DNA of 63,744 nt, filler included, from Octopus bimaculoides (GCF_001194135.2; 6 parts of 6 records of this genome joined end to end with filler, not necessarily neighbours in it); one strand, 5' to 3'; positions 10,125-22,572 are shown, counted from the first letter of the whole stretch. Made by a program: numbers and translations. Notes: generated from the letters alone by a model not told the origin.

Positions 10125-10469
10125 CGGCTGACGGGTAGAGTAAAATTAAGCTTATATTACTACACCATTATCTGGCAGTCTGTTCAACTTATGAATTCAT
10201 ATTATATATTAAATATAAACTTTATATTTTGTTATATATTTATAATATATATATATGCTGTTGTATGTATGCTATTATATATACGCAATATCTGCCTTCA
10301 TTTTGAAAAATAGAAATTTAGGTCAGCTTTTATCAAGGAGACACTTAAATGATATATCATGCCCGACTTGACAGAAATCAATTTATTGTTCTTTATTTAA
10401 GACGATATTATGTATTTTGAAGTAAATTCGATTGCTGTTTCTTGTATTATTCTCCATCAGGAAGATTGT

Positions 10470-11130
10470 TTTAAAGAAAGAGAGAGAGAGGAAATATTGA
10501 ACGAAAATGTGTGAGAGAGATAAAGAGAAAGGGAGTGAATGAAAGAGAGGAAGTGAGGGCGAGCGAGCGAGAAACAAAGAGAGAGAGGGAGTGAAAGAGA
10601 GCGAGCGAGAAACATAGAGAGAGGAAGTGAAAGAGAGCGAGCGAGAAACAAAGAGGGAGAGAGAGACCAGAAGCCAAATAGAAGGTAAGAATAGCAGAAT
10701 AGTTTGGAATTCAAATAGAGAATACACAGCAGTTAATGCTGTGGATGTTCTGTGCTGTCACCAAATGATTGAAACAGTGGAATAAATTTAATGTCGTGAG
10801 GATAGTCATAGTTTTGAAGGAAATACAAAACGGAGGGAAAGCGAAGAGTGAAATATAAGCGGAAAGAGAGAATAACGGAATGATAGATAGTAACGAATGC
10901 GAAGAAAAACAAACAGAACACGAGGAGAAAGGAAGAAGAAAGATAGAATGAAATACTGAGAGAAAGAAAGAATAACGGAATAACAATAGATAGTAAAGAA
11001 TGTGAAGAAAGACGGTCCGAAAACGAACATTTTAAAACAAAAAAGACAAGGGAAGAACCAGAATGAAAGAATAATGGAATAATAGATTGTAAGATACAAT
11101 AAGAAAGAAATTTGACAAGAGATGCAAGAA
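10470..11130. repeat. Polypurine low-complexity tract with reiterated GAGCGAGCGAGAAACA units
   Basis: Three copies of about 36 bp (GAGCGAGCGAGAAACA.AGAGAGAGG.AGTGAAAGA) at 10555-10660, within a GA-rich stretch between the two tRNA genes. Confidence 0.7.
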
Positions 11131-12347
11131 GAATATATTTGCATATTGGTTCCTTCTGCCAACTTTGTTTCGTTTTAACTTTCTGAAAAATGTATGTTTT
11201 CATTCATCAAATTTTGCAGAGGCATTTTTTAAATTTACAATTATGTTGATAAAATTAATATAAAAAATTTTCATAGAGAATTTTGAGATTCTTCGAACAC
11301 GTCCACGACTGTGTTAGCAGCAATTTCAATCAATTTCAATCATTTTTCACTTTTTCTACCAGATTTATGTTTGAAGCATCAACGTAACGTAATCTGCACA
11401 CCCAAAGATATGTTTCTGCAAGGTTTCATTGAAAAATCTGGGATCTCCAAAATATGTATTTTAAAAACAGTTACGACGAAAGAAAGAATGATCGGAGACT
11501 CTTTAAAATATATATATCATTAATGTTATCAACATGATATTAATCTTCATTCTCAAAGACATATCTCCGCAAAATTTCTTTAAAAAGCATACATTTTTCA
11601 GAGAGCTGTAAAATAAAATATTTGGGGTAATATTGGGGGCACCAATCTGTAGTTAGACCCTGAAGGAAAGGATAACAGGTTGTAAGAAATAATCATGGAA
11701 GGAAATTATTTTATGTTGTAAAGTTAGAGAACAGTGATATATATTTGAACTGTTGGAATAAGACACGGATCTTTGGGGTTTGACGGGCCCCTCAAACCTC
11801 AAAGATCCTAAGACACTTTTTAAATAATGGACTAACTGTATGCCAGCTGTAAGAGTTAAAATTCCTTATGGTTGTATTAAATCTTTTGTTAGTTTTAGCC
11901 GTAATAGCCGAGGCCATGCTGGGGCATCGAATTTTATTTAGAATATAATGAAACGCTAACTTTTAAAACATAATTAATATGTAATTAGGAGAAACAAAGT
12001 AGGAATGGGAACATAATTGTATAGGTATGCCCTTTAGTTTATTTAAGCTAGTAGGATGTGATTTGACTGATATTTCTAGCATGTCGAACAACCATGTAGA
12101 AGGTCTCTAAATGGCTCCTAAAGACGAGAGATAGAGAGAAGACGGAAACAGCGTATACGAAAGAAGGACGCAAACGAATAAGAAATAGGTCATACGAAGT
12201 CTTTATACGCCATTAATAGAAAAATTATTCGGTATTTTAAGAATATAGTAGAACTTTATTTAAAACACAATTGAAAATAATAAAAATAGATCAAATTCAT
12301 ACAATGACATTATATATATAGATAATTGTCAGGCCGATCTCGTGGTT

Positions 12348-12421
12348 GGCTCCATAGCTCAGTTGGTTAGAGCGCCAGTCTAGTAAACTGGAGGTCGAGG
12401 GTTCGAATCCCCCTGGAGCCT
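12348..12421 (+). tRNA. tRNA-Thr-AGT: tRNA-Thr(AGT)
   Basis: GGCTCCATAGCTCAGTTGGTTAGAGCGCCAGTCTAGTAAACTGGAGGTCGAGGGTTCGAATCCCCCTGGAGCCT. Perfect acceptor stem and CCAGT/ACTGG anticodon stem, with one A:C mismatch in the T-stem. A T-run terminator follows immediately. Confidence 0.93.
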
Positions 12422-13319
12422 TTTTTTGTATTTTAGTTTTTTCTTTCCATCAAACTCTTGTTTTTCATCCAGTTTGAGCTTTTCTACGAATGTCACCATT
12501 TTTATTAAAAATACTTCCCAACTATGACCGACCTATCTGTTTCGTTTTCTAGATGTAGTTCACCTTGGGCTACATTTTACATTGTGTCCCTTTTTTTATT
12601 TAAAGAATAGGGTCGATGTCAGTTGAAGGTGATTTGACTACTATTTCTAACATTACGAATGACCATAGTGTGACTTCCTCCTTAGGTCTCTACCTCTAAA
12701 TGTAGTAGGGAGTTCTCTGCAAGATTTGGTTGCTATTTCTAGCGATTTGAGTGGGCGTTTAGAAGTTTCTCTTACGACAACCACCAAACTAAACATTATT
12801 TTTTAAATGGTGCTAAGTAGCAGAAGTCCCTGTTTTAAACACCCCTTCCTATCACCTGTATTATCCCTCGTACGTCAGACGCCAGGCTCCCCGCTCTGCA
12901 GTACTGCATCCTTTTAAGGAACCACATCTCACTTCTAAACAACCGATCCAACCATTTGTGAGTCATACAAAATGCAAATTCATTATGAAAAAGCAAATTA
13001 GTCCAGAGATAATATCTCTTGTGGACGTAATTTGGTTGAAAGCACAAACATATATCTACAGCAGACAAAAAGCACCCGCACGGGGCAATGATAGGTGTGC
13101 ATTTCTGCCTTGCTGAGTTCTGTCAGTAGCATATACTCACAGCAAACCATTATACTAAGACAAAATCCATCCACAGTTAATTTGCTTTTTCATGGTGTAT
13201 TTGCATTAAGTATGATACATAGAGAGCCATTTTAATCTAATATTTCTTCTGTTGTCTATAACAGATTCTTTACTCAGTTGGATGGCTAATTGCAATACCA
13301 GTAATTTTCTAATCATCAT

Positions 13320-13735
13320 TTAGCGTTTGCTTTTCATGCTGGCATGGGTTGGACGGTTTGACTGGAACTGGTAAGGTGGAGGGTTGCACCAGGTTCCAAT
13401 CTGATCTGGCATGGTTTCTCTGGCTGGATGCCCTTCCTAATGACAACCACTCCAAGAGTGTAAAAGGTGCTTTTTACGTGCCACTGGAACAGGTCCCAGT
13501 TATGTGACATTGGTATCGTGGTATCGGCCATGACTACAATTTCACTTGGCTTGACAGGTTTTCTCAAGTATGGTATATTCTCTTCTACTCTAGGTACAAG
13601 AGTATGCAACTGGTACTTAATTTATCAACCCCGAAAGGATGAAAGGCAAAGCTGACCTCAGCGGAATTTGAACTCAGAACGTGAAGACAGACGAAATACC
13701 GCCCAGCATGCTAACGTTTCTGCCAGCTCGCTGCC
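13320..13735 (-). mobile_element. Family D repeat followed by a family B SINE
   Basis: CATGCTGGCATGGGTTGGACGG...GGATGCCCTTCCTAA at 13335-13440, then AACTGGTACTTAATTTATCAACCCCGAAAGGATGAAAGGCAAAG...GCCAGCTCGC at 13608-13730. Confidence 0.75.
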
Positions 13736-14032
13736 TTTCAAGCATGGTATATTACCAAAGGTGTCGGTTACTTATCACTGCCTCCATGAGGCTCCATGTT
13801 CGAAAGATGCAATATAAAGATACCTATGTGTCATATATTTTGCACATACATACACATGCACAGGTCAGATACGAGGGCATGTGCCTTTACAGCATGTCAC
13901 TGCAGCCACTGTTTGGGTCATCTTGGTTAACCCTTCGTGTTATAGTCACCCCCCCACCTCTACAAGACAATTCTTCATCCACCATGACCATCTGGCTGAC
14001 CAACACGAAACTGGACACTTTCAATTATAACG

Positions 14033-14365
14033 TACAAGGTGCTATCAAAAAGTTCCCAGACTAGTTCTGTAGCACACCAACAGATGGCAGCACACGTTTG
14101 ACTGTACAGTGAGAGCTAGCAGTGACCTTCACGAGGCACTGTGCCGAGTCACATCGCTGTGTTTAATTTGCAAGGTGTGAAATTGGTGTTTTTCTGATCA
14201 CATGTCTGCTCCAGTCTGTGATTTTGTCAAAGTCAGGAACAAAGATCCAATGAGAAATTTTGTGTTAAAATTGGGAAGTCTGCTACAAAGACATTGAACA
14301 TACTTTGGCAAGCTTATGGTGATGAAACAATGGGTCATATGCAATATTTTGGCTTTTGTACCTGT
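14033..14365 (+). mobile_element. 5'-end fragment of a second mariner family (left TIR plus transposase start)
   Basis: TIR TACAAGGTGCTATCAAAAAGTTCCCAGACT matches the reverse complement of the right TIR at 61580-61610. The downstream frame reads EQRSNEKFCVKIGKSATKTLNILWQAYGDE. Confidence 0.8.
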
Positions 14366-16084
14366 CCTTACCTTCGGTAACAATCAAAAGAGCATGACTG
14401 CGAATATAAGCAGCCAAAATGAGGTTCTTCTGAAGGATCTCTGGAGTAACGTTACTCAATAGGGTGCACAGCTCAGAAATCAGGGAGTCTCTCCAGTCAA
14501 GCCACTAGGATTCCATATTGAGAGGTCACAGTTCTGGTATAACAGAAATGTGATTGGAAGTGTCCCAACCAGCAAGAAATAACAGAATCATAAAAAAACA
14601 AAACAACACAAAAGAACTCAAACACTTTAAATCAAAATACATTTTTTTTAGATTTCTTTATTGTAATTTTTTAAAAACGTGTATATATTCGTTAATTTTC
14701 TTTCTCTTAATTTCATATTGTGTAGAAAGAAAATATAATAGATAACTATATAGAATACAATGTAACAATATACACACACACACACATTATATATATATAT
14801 ATATGAATATATATATGTATATATACAGACATATAATATAATATATATATATAGAGAGAGAGACACAAACATACATATGTGTATATAGAATTCACTTCAT
14901 TTATATAATAAAAAATATAATAAAATAGAACGATATTTGTAGTGCAAACAGGGAAGATATTTTAAGTTTATATACATATATAAATATATATATATATATA
15001 TGTATAAATAAGTGCATATATATATGTGTGTGTGTGTATATATATATATAAATATATACACATGCAGGATGACCAAAAAGCAACTACTGTAATGTTTTTG
15101 TTTTTTAAATGAATAAATAATAGATTTGAAACAAGAAAATTCAGGCAACTTATCTTAAAATAAAATAGAATACGTAAATAATTAAAAAAAGAGGGAAATT
15201 TAAATAAAATTATGATAATTCATGAATACATATAATATTCAAAAAGTAAATATAAATATAAATATATAAATATGATAAGATAAAAGATTTTCATGAAAAG
15301 TTAAGATTGTAACAGATTCCATCCTCTACATGTGTGTCTGTGTGTGTATACTATATATATATGTATATAGATATTTTATATATATATATATATATATNNN
15401 NNNNNNNNNNNNNNNNNNNNNNNNNNNNNNNNNNNNNNNNNNNNNNNNNNNNNNNNNNNNNNNNNNNNNNNNNNNNNNNNNNNNNNNNNNNNNNNNNNNN
15501 NNNNNNNNNNNNNNNNNNNNNNNNNNNNNNNNNNNNNNNNNNNNNNNNNNNNNNNNNNNNNNNNNNNNNNNNNNNNNNNNNNNNNNNNNNNNNNNNNNNN
15601 NNNNNNNNNNNNNNNNNNNNNNNNNNNNNNNNNNNNNNNNNNNNNNNNNNNNNNNNNNNNNNNNNNNNNNNNNNNNNNNNNNNNNNNNNNNNNNNNNNNN
15701 NNNNNNNNNNNNNNNNNNNNNNNNNNNNNNNNNNNNNNNNNNNNNNNNNNNNNNNNNNNNNNNNNNNNNNNNNNNNNNNNNNNNNNNNNNNNNNNNNNNN
15801 NNNNNNNNNNNNNNNNNNNNNNNNNNNNNNNNNNNNNNNNNNNNNNNNNNNNNNNNNNNNNNNNNNNNNNNNNNNNNNNNNNNNNNNNNNNNNNNNNNNN
15901 NNNNNNNNNNNNNNNNNNNNNNNNNNNNNNNNNNNNNNNNNNNNNNNNNNNNNNNNNNNNNNNNNNNNNNNNNNNNNNNNNNNNNNNNNNNNNNNNNNNN
16001 NNNNNNNNNNNNNNNNNNNNNNNNNNNNNNNNNNNNNNNNNNNNNNNNNNNNNNNNNNNNNNNNNNNNNNNNNNNNNAGATATA

Positions 16085-16370
16085 TTTAATTATATATAAA
16101 GGGCATTAACTGTGTATTAATGCCTCACACTATCGAGGGACTAAATAAGTAAAAAACTACCAAAAATAAGCAACATATTTACCGAAAGCGAGGGAATGCA
16201 GCTTTTCAAAATTTATCTCTTAAAATGTTTTTAAGAGATAAATTTTGAAAAGCTGCATTACCTCGCTTTCGGTAAATATGTTGCTTATTTTTGGTAGTTT
16301 TTTTACTTATTTAGTCCCTCGATAGCGTGAGGCATTAATACACAGTTAATGCTCTTTATATATAATTAAA
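16085..16370. repeat. Long near-perfect inverted repeat (foldback), about 141-bp arms and 3-nt loop
   Basis: Left arm 16085-16225 and right arm 16229-16370. By eye they differ at 3 substitutions and one base in an A6/T7 run. Embedded in (TA)n. Confidence 0.92.
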
Positions 16371-16419
16371 AATATATATATATTAGATATATATTATATA
16401 TATACATACATACATGACT

Positions 16420-16457
<38 letters not shown>

Positions 16458-16904
16458 TACACTCACACAAACATATACATACATACACACATGCAAACAT
16501 ATATATATATATACACACTCACACACATATGTGCATGCATATTCATCCCGTTGTTTGTTTATTGCTATGTCTATTTTCCCATGCACACAAAGATTAGACA
16601 GAAATATCCTTGAAGCACTGCTTTCTAGCTGAATGCTTTTCCTGTCACCAACTCTTTTTTTCTTTTTCGAGTAACGGATCTCACATTTTATGCAGGTTTT
16701 TTTTTTTAAGGTATGAAATGTGAGCAGTTAATTTGCTGATGGCTCAACAGACCACAAGGACACGGCCTGTACCTCACAACCCTCATAGGAAGAAATAAAA
16801 CATAAACAAACAAACATGCACCCATGCCCACACATGTATGTGTGTGTGCGCATATGTATGTGTATGTATGTATGAATATGTGCATGCATGCATGCATAAA
16901 GATA

Positions 16905-17067
16905 CAGGTGCAGTTGTGGATGTGTGGTAAGAAGTTGTTTCCCAACCACGTGGGTTCTGGGTTCAGTCCCACTGCGTGGCACCTTGGGCAAGTGATTTCT
17001 ACTATAGCCTCGGGCCCACCAAAGCCTTGTGAGTGGATTTGGTAGATGGAAACTGAAAGAAGCCCCT

Positions 17068-17070
<3 letters not shown>
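16905..17070 (+). mobile_element. Family A SINE
   Basis: GGTAAGAAGTTGTTTCCCAACCACGTGGGTTCTGGGTTCAGTCCCACTGCGTGGCACCTTGGGCAAG...GAAACTGAAAGAAGCCC followed by a TA/TG tract. Confidence 0.85.
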
Positions 17071-17105
<35 letters not shown>

Positions 17106-17231
17106 CACACACGTTTATGTATATGCATGTATACCTGCATGTATGTATACATATGTTGTGCACATGTATGCATAAATATATATGTATGTATATATCTATG
17201 CATATATTTATACATATAATTATATATATAT

Positions 17232-17265
<34 letters not shown>

Positions 17266-17288
17266 TAATGCACACACACACACACACG

Positions 17289-17328
<40 letters not shown>

Positions 17329-17554
17329 AGTGAGGGTGTTTATTTTTATTGCCATTACTCTATATATATCCCAATTTGAGAATAGCTCCATTTACATGCC
17401 TGCATTATTGTGAGAGGGTGTACAGTATGGAAAAGGCATCCATTCAGCCCTAAATCTCTCTCCCCTTAAAAAAAAAGGGACCTTGAGTACAACCAAACAT
17501 TACTTGAAAGGCCAAACCCTGCCCCACCCTTGCATAAAGAGGGTGGAAATAGCC

Positions 17555-17799
17555 TTAACCCTTTCTCTAAATAGGATTCCTATATCTGACAAAACCCCAT
17601 TGCAAACCTTGTTTCGTGTGAATGAATTTAGTATAAAAAGGGTTTCAATTTTTGTTACTGTTGTATCTGTTAAATCTGACCCTACCCCTTTATATAATAT
17701 ACATCTATTTCAATAATGTATGCAAATGATATTTAAATATATGCAAAATCACTTGCTGTCCTTGGTTTGCATGAATGACTCCAGTACTGAAAGGGTTAA
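17555..17799. mobile_element. TTAA-flanked piggyBac-like MITE
   Basis: TTAA|CCCTTTC ... GAAAGGG|TTAA termini. Confidence 0.55.
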
Positions 17800-18232
17800 A
17801 AGTTTTGTTGTTGTCCTTGTCGTCGTTGCGTGTCTGTTAATTCTGACCCTACCCCTGTATACAGAATACATCTATTTAAATAATGCATGCAAATGATATT
17901 TAAATGTATGCATAATATATTTATTTATTTATTTATGAGTAATATATTTAGTGCTAATTAAGGATTGTGACTTTCTAATCATTTTAATTATTGCACAGCG
18001 GTAATTAATGTTTAAATACGAAATGTAAATGACTTTATCAAACTGCTGGTATTCCATCTTTGGTACTTGTTTGTAATTAACATCACAGTGTTTTAATTAA
18101 TATATTAAAGTAGTAGTAACAATAATAATAATAAAAATAATAATGATTTTATTAATTTGCCACAAGGGCAAAGGATGAGGGGGAAATACAAAAACAGACA
18201 TAAAGCGTGGGGGGGGGGGGGCNNNNNNNNNN

Positions 18233-18280
<48 letters not shown>

Positions 18281-18406
18281 CCTTTCTACTATAGGTACAA
18301 GGCCTGAAATTTTGGGGGAGGGGACTAGTCAATTACATTGATTCCCCCAGTGTTTCACTGGTACTTAATTAATTGATTCCAAAAGGATGAAGTCGACCTC
18401 AGCGGA

Positions 18407-18445
<39 letters not shown>

Positions 18446-18899
18446 TTATGAAGACTGACATAACCCTCCACGAAGGTAAATGCACAATAAAAGGAACATG
18501 ATTGCGAGGTGTAATAAAATAGAGATTGTGTAATAATAATAATAATAATAATAATAATATTGATAATAATATTGATAATAATAATAAAAATATTGATAAT
18601 AATATGACTGAGTTGATGCTGACAAATGGTTTGTTTATTTATTTTTGTTTGCTTACTTTTTATTTTGTTTTTGAAAATAATGAAATAGAAGTGATGGATG
18701 AACCTCAAAGAAACAAAACAAAAAAAAAAGATGACACACACACATACACACTCCTGCACACACACACACACACACATTGAAAAGTGAAAACAAAAGACAA
18801 GTAGAAAAGAAATAAAATAAATAAAAAGTAATTTGAAAAGTAAATAAAAACAAATTTGTAAACGTGGCCTGTGTTGAACACCACAACATCAGTAAATCA

Positions 18900-19800
18900 G
18901 GAGGAAAGAAAGCCAAAGAGAATGAGTGAAGAGTGAAGGTAGTTGATGATTTGTGAAGACTAAATGAAGATGATTAATAAGTTGATGACAAAAGACAGAA
19001 GACAGGTGGAAGAGTGAAGAAGAATTAGAAAATAGGTGTGAAGTAGTTGATTGAAGGTTGATGGTGAAAAGAAATATGATTGATGAAGACAGAAGAAGTG
19101 ATATGGTGAAGACTAAGGATTGATGAAAAAGTAGATATGAGATAGATGATTAATAAACACAGAAGACTGATGAGAAAGTAGACACAAGAGAGATGATTAA
19201 TGAATGGAAGACTGATGATTAAAATAAAAAGAAGACACATGAAGAGAGAGAAGGAAATGAAGACAGGTTGAAGACAGATGACTGATGAAGATAGAAGAGA
19301 AATGAAAAGTAGACAGATTGATGAGACAGAAGAGTGATGAAAAAGTAGTTGGGAGATATATGATTGATGAAGACAGAAGAGTGATGAAACAGCAGTCAGA
19401 AGACATGATTGAGTGACAAAGACAGAAGAGTGATGAAAAATTAGTTGAAAGACATGACTGAATGATAAAGGCAGAAGACTGATGAAAAAGTAGTTGGGAG
19501 ATATATGATTGATGAAGACAGAAGAATGGTGAAAAAGAAGTCAGGAGACATGATTCAGTGAGGGATACAGAAGAGTGATGAAAAAGTAATCAGGAGGCAT
19601 ATGACTGATGAGTGCAGAAGAGTGGTGAAAAAGTAGAAGACAACTGAGAGGAAAGAAAGTGAAATAATGAAGTAGACAGACTGATGAATGATGAAGAGTG
19701 ATAAAAGGCGGTCAGTAGACAGATGATTGACGAAAACAAAAGACAAAAGCAGCAGTAGACAGGATATTGATAAAGAGTTGATTGAGGGAAACTGAAAAGA
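18900..19800. repeat. Degenerate purine-rich minisatellite, about 47-bp unit
   Basis: Recurrent GACAGAAGAGTGATGAAAAAGTAGTTGGGAGATATATGATTGATGAA and variants at about 19325, 19420, 19470 and 19565. Confidence 0.75.
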
Positions 19801-20208
19801 GAACACACAAAAACAATGCTCCACCCCCACCCCCCACACACACACACCCACACACACACACACTAAATACCAGAACAATATTTAATGTCTTATTAAGAGA
19901 TACATTGCGATTTCTGATGTGGAAGGTGTTTACCAGGGAGGTTTTCTATTGCTGATGTTGTTTGAGGTCCACGAATTTGGTTAAAGTTTTTATGTGATGG
20001 GGGGAGACGAGGAGACAAATATTCAGATGATATGAGCAAAGGGCCATNNNNNNNNNNNNNNNNNNNNNNNNNNNNNNNNNNNNNNNNNNNNNNNNNNNNN
20101 NNNNNNNNNNNNNNNNNNNNNNNNNNNNNNNNNNNNNNNNNNNNNNNNNNNNNNNNNNNNNNNNNNNNNNNNNNNNNNNNNNNNNNNNNNNNNNNNNNNN
20201 NNNNNTTG

Positions 20209-20322
20209 TTATTCCGAGTCCTGTCCCTTATCTTGGTCAGCAAAGCTACAAACCTCAGTTATTAATTCGTTGAAGTCATCACAGCGGTCAGCATACACAT
20301 GATGTCCAGCACCTTGGATTAT
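20209..20322 (-). CDS. ABHD4/5: ABHD4/ABHD5-family last coding exon (114 bp): IIQGAGHHVYADRCDDFNELITEVCSFADQDKGQDSE*
   Basis: Acceptor ccataacAG at 20324-20323, phase 0. Contains the GAGHHVYAD motif (catalytic His and HX4D). TAA at 20211-20209. Confidence 0.93.
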   Translation of the reverse strand: MIQGAGHHVYADRCDDFNELITEVCSFADQDKGQDSE

Positions 20323-20584
20323 CTGTTATGGTAGTAGTGGTGGTGGTGGTGGTGGTGGTGGTGGTAGTTGTGGTAGTGGTTTGGCGGCAGTAGTTTTAGT
20401 TGCATTGGAGGTAGTGGTAGTGGTGGTAGTGGTAGTATGTGTATAGTGATGGTATATAATGAAAGTAAAAAAAAGAAAAAGAAAAAATACATTTTTAATA
20501 TACCCTACGCATATACATATACATACAAAAATACACAAAATAATAATATTGATAATAATAATAATAATAATAATAATAATCTTG

Positions 20585-20795
20585 TCTACTAAAGGCACAA
20601 GGACTGAAATTTTGGGGGGAGGGATGAGTTGATTACATTGACCCCAGTGTTTCACTGATACTTAATTTATCGACCCTGAAAGGATGAAAGGTAAAGTCAA
20701 CCTCAGTGGAATTTGAACTCAGAACGTAGAGACAGAGAAAATGTCGCTAAGCATTTCGTCCAGCATGCTAATGGTTCTGCCAGCTCAATGCCTTA
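20585..20795 (-). mobile_element. Family B SINE flanked by (AAT)n tracts
   Basis: TACTTAATTTATCGACCCTGAAAGGATGAAAGGTAAAGTCAACCTCAGTGGAATTTGAACTCAGAACG...GCCAGCTC. Similar copies at 18285-18410, 40290-40495 and 60515-60720. Confidence 0.8.
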
Positions 20796-21412
20796 ATAAC
20801 AATAATAATAATGATAATAATAATAATAATAGATGCAGTACCAGGCACTGGCTCTCATGGTTTCTGATCTTAACTGACTGCAAGTGTTATCATGTACATT
20901 GTTTTGTCTTGGTATAAAAGATGGGCTACAGCAAATATTCTGCTTAATACCAAAGATTTGTTTGTCAGTTGTTTGACCTTAACCAGTTGAGCATGTCCCT
21001 TGGTGGCTGACAATATGTGCATCTCTGATCATGAGCAGAAGTAGTTGGGGAGCATCATAGCCATGTGTTGAGAGGAATTCTTTGGGGTTTGAAAATTTCA
21101 TCTCTAGAAACATGAGTGTCATTTAACCTCCGCTCTCCATACTGGCATGGGTTGGATAGTTTTGCATGGAAGTGTCTAGCAGGGAGCTATCCAGACTCCA
21201 ATTGTCTGTTGTGGCATGGTTTCTACAGCTGGACGCTAGCCTTAATACTTACCACTTTACAGAGTGGACTGGGTCCCTTTTACATGGCACCATCACTATT
21301 GAAGACAAAGATCCTAAATGAAAGGTGCGAGGGGCATGGCTGGACTGCCTTTGATTAGAGCTGGGGGTTAAACAACAACCGCAACAAGATGCTTTCTCTT
21401 GTTTTTACTGAC

Positions 21413-21599
21413 CTGGACATCAACATAGCTGTCGGGGCGGAGGAATTTGACTTCTTGACCAGTGTGGGAGGTTATCCAAGATCTGGAACCATAGATTAGT
21501 GTCATCGGTATGGATTTGTTTAGGTCTGTGATCCGAAGAATCATTGGGTTCTTGGCCCATCCAAATGGAATTGTCATCGTCCTAAATGCCGATTCACCA
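21413..21599 (-). CDS. ABHD4/5: ABHD4/5 exon (187 bp): (S)GESAFRTMTIPFGWAKNPMILRITDLNKSIPMTLIYGSRSWITSHTGQEVKFLRPDSYVDVQ
   Basis: Acceptor ttctcatcAG at 21601-21600 and donor CAG|GTCAGT at 21412. Contains SGE.AF...FGWAK.PM and IYG.RSW motifs. Phase is consistent with both neighbours. Confidence 0.95.
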
Positions 21600-21684
21600 C
21601 TGATGAGAAGAAAGGAAAAACAAAATTTTTTTTTATTTCTTGATTCAGGCAAATAGCAGCTGGGGAATATCTGCACTCCTCAAA

Positions 21685-21778
<94 letters not shown>

Positions 21779-22206
21779 AGTAGTAATCAAAGGGGTCCAT
21801 AGATAAAAAAAAATGGTTGGGAAGCCCTGCTTTAGGTCATAATTGAAGGGAATTTAACAATCACTTGCAATTTAAGGGCATTCGGTTACTGTTTCTAGCA
21901 GTCTGACTGACTACATAGGGGCTCCTTTTAATAATCATTATTGTTATTAGTTACTATCAAATGAACAATGATTAAGAAAACTCATGATTGAAGTAGTTCC
22001 AGACATGGCCTTCCTGTCTAGAATTCAAAGAGTATGTTAAAGACTACATTATGCAATGTGTCAATGTGTATCCTATGTGTTTTTAAGGCTTTAGGCTGAT
22101 ATTTGGGGAAGGAGGGGGGGATTTTGCTGCTATTTCTAGCAAGTTTAGCAATGAGTAGAAAGAAGATCCCTCGTTAAGCTAGCTAGTTTTAAGGTCCTGA
22201 CCGTAC

Positions 22207-22318
22207 CTGGGTGTCTGGGCATTGCAGTGGTAGAGATAGTTGAGAATTGTGTCGTCTTCAAAGAGTTTGGAGAAACGTTGTTGGAGATCGGAGCGAAACT
22301 TCTTCACCAGACCAGGAC
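22207..22318 (-). CDS. ABHD4/5: ABHD4/5 exon (112 bp): (G)PGLVKKFRSDLQQRFSKLFEDDTILNYLYHCNAQTP(S)
   Basis: Acceptor cctttcgtAG at 22320-22319 and donor AG|GTACGG at 22206. Contains the Y.YHCN.QTPS motif. Confidence 0.95.
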
Positions 22319-22439
22319 CTACGAAAGGAATGACATTGGGAGTGTCGTAATTATACAAAGACAGATATATATATATATAATACAAATAATAAATGAGTAT
22401 ATGCATATATACGTACATGTATGTACATACATCTGCCTG

Positions 22440-22572
22440 TGTATATAGGTGCATATCTGGATACAGGACATTGCAAACAAAACGTAGACAAAATGATAAA
22501 CAAGTACAGAAAACACACAGAGAACATCTTCATCAGCTGCCACCATTCAACACTGGCGTTTTGAAGAGTTAG
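22440..22572 (-). mobile_element. Dispersed repeat (possible Penelope-like LTR piece), also at 62880-63030 (+) and more distantly at 7060-7165 (-)
   Basis: Reverse complement CCTGCCCTAACTCTTCAAAACG...GGTGGCAGCTGATGAAG...TTTATCATTTTGTCTACG...GTCCTGTATCCAGATATGC aligns by eye with 62888-63030. Class assignment is inference. Confidence 0.55.

Noticed and set aside
12895-12985. RLFRSEMWFLKRMQ peptide and an ATGCAAAT octamer downstream of tRNA-Thr
   Set aside because: The peptide is at best a tiny RTE-LINE remnant. A lone octamer without a recognisable snRNA is expected by chance in AT-rich DNA.
18355-18780. Poly-Asn, poly-Ile and poly-Leu ORFs
   Set aside because: (AAT)n tracts associated with family B SINE ends.
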